A stretch of DNA of 32,000 nt from positions 1-32,000 of the forward strand of contig LVZN01000034.1 in NCBI GenBank assembly GCA_001695645.1, written 5' to 3'. The notes under the pieces are model-generated. The model did no database searches. It was not told where the DNA came from and worked only from the letters and a program-made list of their open reading frames with translations. This DNA is from Erysipelotrichaceae bacterium MTC7. GTDB lineage: Bacteria > Bacillota_I > Bacilli_A > Erysipelotrichales > Erysipelotrichaceae. The stretch's first letter is position 1; each line of letters starts with the position of its first letter. A program made the position numbers and the translations under genes. Of this stretch, positions 1-7,175 are shown piece by piece.

Positions 1-132
1 ATAATGATAACGGCTTTTCACGTAAGTGGTCCTTTTTTCAATGGCAACGGTGGGGTACTTTTCACTTGACATAAACAAGGAAATAGAATCTAAATAAGAC
101 CTAGTATAAAATAATATAGAAAGGAGGGAGGA

Positions 133-483
133 ATGAATACAAAAGCTAAAAGAATTATCCATATGCTAGCATTAACGGTTATCTTAGGTGTGCTAACAGC
201 TTCTCCAGTAATGGCAGGTAGTTTGTCTAGAACATACTCAGGTCAATTTGTTAATGATTGGTCAAAGACTGCAAAATATGGGAATGCTACTCTAGAATAC
301 GGGTTTAACACATTCTTAATAAAAGAAGATACTTGTTATGCTAATCATAGTGGTGCTAATCATTATGCTAAGATTAGGAATGGCAATGGAGTACATGTTG
401 GACCTTCAAAGCCAGCTGGAACATGGTCTAATCAAGAGGTTACTCATTCAGGATCATATGTGACATACTCTTGTGAGTATTAA
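133..483 (+). CDS. Small secreted protein, possible lactococcin-972-like bacteriocin (weak)
   Basis: RBS AAAGGAGGGAGG lies just upstream of the ATG. The N-terminus is a signal peptide (MNTKAKRIIHMLALTVILGVLTASPVMA|GS). A strong terminator follows. The mature part (HSGANHYAKIRNGNGVHVG..AGTWSNQEVTH) loosely resembles the Lcn972 family, judged from memory only. Confidence 0.75.
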   Translation: MNTKAKRIIHMLALTVILGVLTASPVMAGSLSRTYSGQFVNDWSKTAKYGNATLEYGFNTFLIKEDTCYANHSGANHYAKIRNGNGVHVGPSKPAGTWSNQEVTHSGSYVTYSCEY

Positions 484-493
484 TTGTCGTAGG

Positions 494-540
494 AAAGGGG
501 CTCTTATTCTTAAGCTTAGCTAAAGAATAAGAGCCCTTTT
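494..540 (+). terminator. Rho-independent terminator
   Basis: Stem AAAGGGGCTCTTATTCTT (494-511) pairs with AAGAATAAGAGCCCTTTT (523-540) around an 11-nt loop and ends in a T-run. Confidence 0.85.
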
Positions 541-664
541 AATTGCTCATTTAAAGCGATATATCAAGTAATAGAAAATAACTTATAGTTAATGTTATAA
601 TTAAATTAAAGAGGAGGTTTCTATACACAAAATTTTACACAGTCTTTTATCCGCTTATATCTTT

Positions 665-1995
665 TTATCTCTCCACCTCCTTTCCATAATAATTTTCATA
701 GTTTTTTCTATACTGAACAAGATCAGAAAATTGTTCTTTATTCAAAGAATACTCTTGCATAATGGTGTTCTTTTTTTCTTGCAATTTATCGAGCTTTGAT
801 AATATTTCTTTTGTATTTGGTAGTTTTTTATAGTTTTCTAAGATTTCTTTTGCAGCTATTTTATAAACAGAAATCTCACTATAATATTCTTCAGAGAATT
901 GCTTATCTTCAGGATTTTTCTTGTGGTATTTATAGATTTCACGATACTTATTTATAATATTTATATTTTCCATATCTTGAGATAAACTCTTCATTTTAGT
1001 TTCAATCTTCTTTATTTTATCTAACAAGTCTTGTCTATCATCAGCAGATTTTTTGATTAGCTCATCGAGTTGGGTAATCGAATTAATTCCTTGTTCTCGA
1101 AGTTTAATTATTGAATCTGCCATCGTTTTGATATTATATTTTCTTGCCCAAACTTCATAGCCTTTAGAGGATTGAGCTTTTTCATTAGTAGATATATCAA
1201 TGACGTTTCCTACACGTTTTTTAATAGGATTAGCTTTATTTTTAATTGCTAAATCTATTCTTTCTTTGATTTTTTCTTCGGTATAATCTTCTCCTATAGT
1301 CTTCGATCTTGTAAATCTTTGCTTATCTTTATGACGAAAAGCAATGTGTTTACCAAACTTAATTTCATAATCCAGAGATTTCATATTATCTAAAAACTCT
1401 TCCCACGAGTTAGACTTATTAATCATTCTATCTATGTCAAATTGCAGTTTAGACTTCCAAGAAATTCCTTTCTTGTTTTGGTTATATTCATACCAGGATT
1501 TACCAGAAGTTTTATATTTTTTTTGTAAGCTTCATAATATTTATCAATGACTGAAAGCTTATTTTCTTTACATAATTCGTCACTTTGATACCTGATTTTG
1601 TGGTAAGTTTTTTTGTTAGATTGGTAGCATTTACCAGTCTTGTAATTAACATTATTAAAAATAATATGGTTATGGATATGCCCTCTATCTATATGAGTTG
1701 CAAGAACAAATTCATAATCTTCTTTTAAAATTTTCTTACATAATTCCATTCCAATTTGGTGAGCTTTTATAGGATCAACCTCTCCTGGTAGAAAAGATTG
1801 GATTAAATGCCTAGCCAAAACTGTACCTTTAGTATCATTGTCTTCTCGAGTTTTTATAAATTGAATATGGGCAGTAGATGGATGACATTTGAATGAAGAT
1901 ACTAAGATTTTTTCATCAGTTTTTTCGCTCTTAGTAATGTAATCTATTGCCAAATTTAGAGTTGATTTTATAGGATGTATTTTTGTAATTGCCAT
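665..1995 (-). pseudogene. MobA/VirD2-type relaxase, interrupted by a frameshift in an A8 homopolymer
   Basis: The N-terminal fragment has relaxase motifs (MAITKIHPIK..., histidine triad THIDRGHIHNHIIF). The frame breaks at T8 on the + strand (1517-1524). Adding one A reads ...AYKKKYKTSGKSWYEYNQNKKGISWKSKLQFDIDRMINKSNSW..., fusing ORFs 1432-2004 and 665-1426 into ~443 aa. The ATG at 1995 directly follows the MobC stop (1997). Confidence 0.85.
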
Positions 1996-1996
1996 A

Positions 1997-2353
1997 CTAA
2001 TCACCAGAATTTTCTTTTGATTTATTAAGAAGTAGGGAATGGATCTGCCATATTTCTTTTGCCAATTTTTCTATCTGCTTATTCATAGACTCAATTTCAT
2101 TTTTGTAAATAAGGCCAGTTGTATTAGTAGCTTTTGCAATCTGGTTTATATTATTTGTTGCATTTGAAAGCAGCCATTGTAGGTTTCTAAATGGTTCTAA
2201 ATCTACTACATAAATTTCTTTTTCTAATACGCACTTTCTAAGAAAGTGAGACATAGTTTTGCAATTAGCAAGTTTCATTTTCTTTTCAAAAATTTCCTTT
2301 TCTTCTTTAGTTACTTTTATTTCTATTCTTTCATTTCTAAATCTATTTGCCAT
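1997..2353 (-). CDS. mobC: MobC-family relaxosome accessory protein
   Basis: RBS AGGAGA. It is a 118-aa protein (RIEIKVTKEEKEIFEKKMKLANCKTMSHFLRKCVL...NINQIAKATN) typical of the MobC family and sits immediately upstream of the relaxase. Confidence 0.8.
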   Translation of the reverse strand: MANRFRNERIEIKVTKEEKEIFEKKMKLANCKTMSHFLRKCVLEKEIYVVDLEPFRNLQWLLSNATNNINQIAKATNTTGLIYKNEIESMNKQIEKLAKEIWQIHSLLLNKSKENSGD

Positions 2354-2410
2354 TTTATTCTCCTTTATAAAATATATTTCGGGGTCTTAGGGTTCTCCCT
2401 AACAAGCTAA

Positions 2411-2458
2411 AAATTAAAAAATGGAGCATTCCGTAAAGGGCTGCTCCATTAATTTTTT
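2411..2458. terminator. Bidirectional hairpin terminator downstream of the RhuM operon
   Basis: AATGGAGC (2420-2427) pairs with GCTCCATT (2443-2450). An A-run lies on the left and T6 on the right, so a U-tract follows the hairpin on either strand. Confidence 0.6.
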
Positions 2459-2530
2459 CGTAAGTGTCCGTACACTTACTGTGCTTGCTATTAAAGCTAT
2501 TAAAGTTATAAGCGTTAAGCGTATATTAAG

Positions 2531-3613
2531 TTATTCTTCTAATTTTTTAGTATCATCTTCTAGTTCTAGGAACTTATCAAAATCACTTTTGTAGAGTCTA
2601 TCTTGTATTATTCTATATTTTTCAAATTCACTTTCTGCGTGCTTTTTTGCAAGAGCTGCAGACACTTTTCCTGCATCGTTTAAGATCTCTTTATCCCATA
2701 ATTGTAAAAATCCATTTAATCTTTTTTCCCAATCTTCCATAGTCATAGGGATATGTCTTTCTGCTTGTAGTTCTGCCATGTCCAAATATGATGAAACAAT
2801 TCTTTGCATTTGATTTAATTCTTCTTCGTTTAGATAATTTTTTGCAACAACTACATCATATTTATGAATTTTTGAATCTGGAGAGCCTTCCCAAGTAGTA
2901 AGTCCCATATTTTTAGTTTTGTGATTGGCTCTATCTACAATTAATTCGGCTGCAGTTTTTCCATGAATTGCATAGTGCAATTTATTTTGAATAGCTGCAA
3001 AAAACCTTTTTGTTGCTTTTGCAGATGGGTCATAGTCTAAAGATGTGGCATAAATATCTGTTATTTTTTGATAGAATCTTCTCTCAGATAATCTAATTTC
3101 ACGAATTTTTACAAGTAATTTTTCGAAATAATCCTTGGTAAGTTTTGTGCCAGAATTTTTGAGTCTTTCATCATCCATTGCCCAACCTTTAATTGTAAAA
3201 TCTTTTACAATTTGGTTTGCCCACTTTCTAAATTGGACTGCACGTTCGTTATTTACTTTAAAGCCTACTGCAATAATTGCTTGCAGATTATAGTGTTTTG
3301 TTTCCCTTGAAACATTTCTAGAACCTTCTTTTTGAACTATTAGGAATTTCCTAATAGTTGCTTCTTCTTGTAATTCACTATCGGCATAGATTTTTTTAAG
3401 ATGTTCATTTATTGTGGCGACACTAACATCATAAAGAGCTGCCATCATCTTTTGAGTTAGCCAAATATTCTCATCTTCATATCTAATTTCTATAGCTTCT
3501 TGATCATCACCATTAGCTGCAATAAAAGTCAAGTATTCAGCAGCGGATGATCTAATTTGAAGTTCTTTTTTTTCTTGATTTTCGTCTTTATTTTTATCCA
3601 TTTCTTTACTCAT
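2531..3613 (-). CDS. rhuM: RhuM-family protein
   Basis: IEIRYEDENIWLTQKMMAALYDVSVATINEHLKKIY...HYNLQAIIAVGFKVNNERAVQFRKWANQIV matches the conserved RhuM core as I remember it. The start is moved to the ATG at 3613 because of the strong RBS GGAGGA. It overlaps the upstream gene by 8 nt. Confidence 0.85.
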   Translation of the reverse strand: MSKEMDKNKDENQEKKELQIRSSAAEYLTFIAANGDDQEAIEIRYEDENIWLTQKMMAALYDVSVATINEHLKKIYADSELQEEATIRKFLIVQKEGSRNVSRETKHYNLQAIIAVGFKVNNERAVQFRKWANQIVKDFTIKGWAMDDERLKNSGTKLTKDYFEKLLVKIREIRLSERRFYQKITDIYATSLDYDPSAKATKRFFAAIQNKLHYAIHGKTAAELIVDRANHKTKNMGLTTWEGSPDSKIHKYDVVVAKNYLNEEELNQMQRIVSSYLDMAELQAERHIPMTMEDWEKRLNGFLQLWDKEILNDAGKVSAALAKKHAESEFEKYRIIQDRLYKSDFDKFLELEDDTKKLEE

Positions 3614-4088
3614 AATTTCCTCCAAGTATAAATTTCATTCTACCTTTAAACACTGGAATACTAATCAAGAATACAATTACATAATGTATAAAGGAATTTA
3701 TCATCATACTTTTTGTTATTGGTAATTGATGATAAGTTTGACCTATTATCTTAAAAGCGGTTAGTGTGCTTGTTATAAAATCAAGTGCCAACCATAGGGC
3801 GACTGATGATCCTATAAAAGCAATTATATAGTTTAAAAGTTTACTGATTTTTGGTAGCTTTTGATTTATTAAAACTAGCAATATCCCATAAATTATTACT
3901 ACTGTAATTGAAAGGGGAATAGCCAATTTGTTATCTAGTTTATCTTTTATGGATATATAAAATCCTAAACCTACAACTATAAAATCAATCAAAAATGCTG
4001 AGATTTTTACAGAGTAGGTAGTGATGAGATAGTAGAAAACTACTCCAGAAAGGATTAAAAAAAAATATCCTGTAATAAAAATTTCCAT
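3606..4088 (-). CDS. Integral membrane protein (~5 TM helices), unknown function
   Basis: RBS AGGAGA. The 160-aa sequence is almost entirely hydrophobic segments. It is tightly packed between the ImmA and RhuM genes. Confidence 0.7.
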   Translation of the reverse strand: MEIFITGYFFLILSGVVFYYLITTYSVKISAFLIDFIVVGLGFYISIKDKLDNKLAIPLSITVVIIYGILLVLINQKLPKISKLLNYIIAFIGSSVALWLALDFITSTLTAFKIIGQTYHQLPITKSMMINSFIHYVIVFLISIPVFKGRMKFILGGNYE

Positions 4089-4096
4089 AGAGTCTC

Positions 4097-4645
4097 CTAA
4101 TAATAATCATCATGTTCAGGGCGATAGTTTTTGAGAAAATCTCCCTGAGGTATATTAACATTAACTGGTTTATTAAACTTGCCCATTTTTGCTAACTCAG
4201 AAATTTTTAGATTTAGTAAATTTATATCTACACCTAACTTTCCAGCAATTTCATAATCACAAACTTGATCATTGATATTATCGAAGACATCTTCATCACT
4301 TATTAATAAATGAGCTGCAAAAATATTAGCTTCAGTTTCAAATTTATTTGTAGGGTTTAGCACTGTTTGGTCATGAAAAGCTCCACCACTCATGCAATAA
4401 TCTCTGTGAAGTTGATCGTGACCTAATTCGTGTGCTAATATAGTCTTTCTATTAAAATTTGTGTTGCTACTGATAAAAATAAATCTGTTTCTTTGAATAT
4501 AATGGTACATTCCTAAAAGTATTTTTGTTTCAGGTAGATATACCAGGTTAATATTCAAAGCTTCTATTAATTCGATAGGATCTCGTGTCTTATATTTTTT
4601 TATAAGTCGATTAACCTTATCATATATATAGCGATTCATGCTCAT
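4097..4645 (-). CDS. ImmA/IrrE-family (M78) metallopeptidase
   Basis: HEXXH motif (AHELGHDQLH) with a downstream E (ETEANIFAAHLL). RBS AGGTGA. It lies 8 nt downstream of the XRE gene, the canonical ImmR/ImmA arrangement. Confidence 0.85.
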   Translation of the reverse strand: MSMNRYIYDKVNRLIKKYKTRDPIELIEALNINLVYLPETKILLGMYHYIQRNRFIFISSNTNFNRKTILAHELGHDQLHRDYCMSGGAFHDQTVLNPTNKFETEANIFAAHLLISDEDVFDNINDQVCDYEIAGKLGVDINLLNLKISELAKMGKFNKPVNVNIPQGDFLKNYRPEHDDYY

Positions 4646-4653
4646 AAAATCAC

Positions 4654-5055
4654 CTAATCTTTTTTCTTACGACCATATTTCTTATTTTCTCTTTTAGCCT
4701 CCCAATAAGCACGAGTAATAGCTTCAAAAGCAGCATCTTTATCTTCGTCAGAAATTTCTCCACCAGCAAATAAAGAGCTTAGACCTTCTGTTAATGCTCT
4801 AGCTTTTTCTAATTCTCTTTTGCCACCCATGTTATAAACTCGATTTAAAAACTCATCACTTTCTTCTAGAAGATAATTGTAATCACAGTCCATAACTTCA
4901 GCTATTTTTTTGTAAACCTCGACATCTCTTGGGTATCTTTCTCCGTCTTCATAATGTACAAGAGTTCTTGTACTTATTCCTATCATTTTTGCAAAATCTG
5001 CTTGACTTAATTTTTCTTTTTCACGAAATTCCTTTAATCTATCCGCAAAAGCCAT
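4654..5055 (-). CDS. XRE-family HTH transcriptional regulator (ImmR-like)
   Basis: HTH LSQADFAKMIGISTRTLVHYEDGERYP. RBS AGGAGG. Confidence 0.85.
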   Translation of the reverse strand: MAFADRLKEFREKEKLSQADFAKMIGISTRTLVHYEDGERYPRDVEVYKKIAEVMDCDYNYLLEESDEFLNRVYNMGGKRELEKARALTEGLSSLFAGGEISDEDKDAAFEAITRAYWEAKRENKKYGRKKKD

Positions 5056-5111
5056 AACTTTAACCTCCTGTACTAATGTGCATTTATAACTTTTAATACG
5101 AACAATAGTGC

Positions 5112-5187
5112 TTGAATTATTTTTCTGTTTGAGATATAATACAAACTGAACTTATATTCATATTATAGCACAAACATTCAAGTTTGT
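5112..5187. promoter_or_regulatory. Candidate control region: sigma-A-like promoters on both strands plus a palindromic operator
   Basis: On the + strand: TTGAAT (5112-5117), 17 nt, TATAAT (5135-5140). On the - strand: an extended -10, TGcTATAAT (complement of 5162-5170). Palindrome ACAAAC-N6-GTTTGT at 5170-5187, with another ACAAAC at 5141-5146. Promoter calls in AT-rich DNA are tentative. Confidence 0.4.
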
Positions 5188-5204
5188 AAATAAGTTGTAT
5201 TGGG

Positions 5205-5765
5205 GTGATTAGATTGAGAATAAGTAAAACTTTAAAGAATATAATGAACATGTATGCAGATAGCAACTTGAAATTTGAAGAAATTAGTTCAGCTGCAAAA
5301 CTTATTTTAAGTTTATATAGACAAGTTACCTGGGCAGTAGATAGTAGGGCAAATTTTATGATGTTTGAGAGTAAAGAAAACTATGGATCAACTTCAGAAT
5401 CTGCTTACTTGTATCTTTCTACATTTGCTCCAGAAAAAGTTGAAGAAAAGTTTAATAATAGAGTTTCCAATGTAATGGATAGTAAGCTTATGCTTTTAAT
5501 AATTTATGATGCCTGTGTTAGGCTAAAAGTTTATCCAGAGTATGGAGAAATCTATCATAAGATTATTTATAACTACTACATTTCTGAAAAGAAGATTACT
5601 GATGAAGCTTGTATGAGAAGTGTGTCTTTAGAGAGAACTGTTTATTATCAAAGAAAAAAGGAAGCAATTGCATTGGTTGGTGTAATAATTTGGGGATATA
5701 CTTTACCGACTGCTATTAGCCAACTTGAAGACGGTCGTAACATTGAAGAAATAATGAACATCTAA
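5205..5765 (+). CDS. Hypothetical protein, possible HTH/sigma-region-4-like regulator
   Basis: Long ORF diverging from the XRE operon. The C-terminus (SLERTVYYQRKKEAIALVGVIIWG) resembles the C-terminal HTH of ArpU/DUF1492-type regulators, weakly. The start is uncertain (GTG 5205 or ATG 5244). Confidence 0.55.
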   Translation: MIRLRISKTLKNIMNMYADSNLKFEEISSAAKLILSLYRQVTWAVDSRANFMMFESKENYGSTSESAYLYLSTFAPEKVEEKFNNRVSNVMDSKLMLLIIYDACVRLKVYPEYGEIYHKIIYNYYISEKKITDEACMRSVSLERTVYYQRKKEAIALVGVIIWGYTLPTAISQLEDGRNIEEIMNI

Positions 5766-6034
5766 GAAATTAATTTGTGACGAACTTATTGCGTACTATT
5801 TCCGAATGAAAAAAGTACCATATACGAATTTTATGTGTACTTAAGTGCATATATAATATCCATGATGGGTGATTTGCACCTAAATTTAATATTGGCATTT
5901 ATTGGCTGAAAGAATTTATTTTCTTTCGGTCTTTTTTTATGCCCAGGAGAATATATGCATAGAATTAGAAGCCCTCCTTGTGTGAATTTTATTTTCAAAC
6001 TAAAGAAATTCATGTCAACAAGGAGGAAAAATTA

Positions 6035-6445
6035 ATGGACAAAGAATATTATTTATTTGTAGAAGGAAAGAAAATAGTTGTTAGCAAGGAAGTATATCTT
6101 GCCTATCATAGTGAATTGAATAAAGAGAAATATCAAATAAGAAGAGACAGGTTAAATAACTGTTTCTTTTTTTGTTCCTATGATCACGATGGAAACTTCG
6201 AAGAAAATTTAGAAGATCTGGAATTTGATGTTGAAAAAATTATCGAAACAAAGGAAATGATTGAAGAAGTAAGAAGAGCTATTTCTAAACTCAATCCTGC
6301 TGAAAGAGACCTAATAGAAAGCCTCTTTTATAAAGAAAAAACAATTAGAGAAGTAGCTGCCAAACTCAATATATCTCATCCAGCCGTTATTAAAAGGCGT
6401 AATAAAGTCTTAGAGAAACTAAAGGAAATGTTAGAAGACTTTTAG
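6035..6445 (+). CDS. Small sigma-70 region-4-type protein (sigma-like transcription regulator)
   Basis: RBS AGGAGG (6021-6026) precedes the ATG at 6035. The C-terminus LNPAERDLIESLFYKEKTIREVAAKLNISHPAVIKRRNKVLEKLKEML is a region-4 HTH. The N-terminus KEYYLFVEGKKIVVSKEVYLAYHSELNKEKYQIRRD is typical of small sigma-like proteins of clostridial mobile elements. Confidence 0.75.
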   Translation: MDKEYYLFVEGKKIVVSKEVYLAYHSELNKEKYQIRRDRLNNCFFFCSYDHDGNFEENLEDLEFDVEKIIETKEMIEEVRRAISKLNPAERDLIESLFYKEKTIREVAAKLNISHPAVIKRRNKVLEKLKEMLEDF

Positions 6446-6451
6446 ATGACA

Positions 6452-6566
6452 GTTACCAAACGGGTCTAATTTTCACTGTTACTTATGCAGTGGGAATTGG
6501 ACCTTTTCATTTAACCAAATTTTTTTTTGAAAATTGGTTACCAAGAAAGACTTCTTTTCACTGTTA
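6452..6566 (+). promoter_or_regulatory. Two copies of the bipartite motif GTTACCAA-N10-TTTTCACTGTTA
   Basis: Copy 1 is 6452-6459 + 6470-6481. Copy 2 is 6537-6544 + 6555-6566. Both have the same 10-nt spacer length and they lie 85 bp apart. An AT hairpin TAACCAAATTTT/AAAATTGGTTA lies between them. Confidence 0.45.
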
Positions 6567-6982
6567 AGTATAAGAGGGTAATTTTAAACAATTTTGTTTC
6601 ATCAAGATAAGTATTTTCTGATGGTCAAATTTTAAAAAGATTAATAGCTCTCGATAAATTTTGAACCTTAACAATTGAATAGACCAAGACAAGACATTAA
6701 TCATTTTTGGAGCGTAATAACCTATCCGCCAAGATCTTTCTGCTGAATAATTCGGCAAAACAAGTACTGCTAAGCTAAAAGCAAGGGAAGAAGAAAGGGA
6801 GCGATAAGTAAGAGTTTGAATATAGGGAGGGATACCCTATTCGCTACGAAGAAAATGAGGATAATGATACTTCTAAGGTTGAAGCCGGCTCATCCTGAAC
6901 AGAGGCGGAGGTGAGAGTCCTATGTTGCTAATCCAAGGCACTTGTCAATGTCAAAAAACTTAAATTTACATAGGAGGTTATT

Positions 6983-7120
6983 ATGAAAGCAATAAAAGTT
7001 TATAGCATGAGAGTTGCTATGTTATGTAGACTTTATGATCTTAAATTAATTAATGATAAGGAATACACAAAAATAAAAAATAGAATAGAAAATGATTATA
7101 AAAAGAGAGATAGAAAGTAG
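6983..7120 (+). CDS. 45-aa SHOCT-like small protein (below the ORF-track size cutoff)
   Basis: RBS TAGGAGGT lies 6 nt upstream of the ATG. The protein is MKAIKVYSMRVAMLCRLYDLKLINDKEYTKIKNRIENDYKKRDRK. The L..L.L...I...EY...K..I pattern resembles a SHOCT domain. The gene lies 55 nt upstream of the recombinase. Confidence 0.5.
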   Translation: MKAIKVYSMRVAMLCRLYDLKLINDKEYTKIKNRIENDYKKRDRK

Positions 7121-7175
7121 TTAATTTTGTGATATAATAACACTGTAGAAAGATACAAAATGGGAAGGAGGTAAA

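Noticed and set aside
609-664. Strong RBS-like AAAGAGGAGGT followed by an open frame on the + strand
   Set aside because: No ATG, GTG or TTG lies at suitable spacing. The frame is antisense to the relaxase C-terminus.
5831-6758. Small minus-strand ORFs 5831-6013 and 6564-6758
   Set aside because: They have no RBS, lie in intergenic regulatory DNA overlapping the sigma-like gene start and the duplicated motif, and their sequences do not look protein-like.
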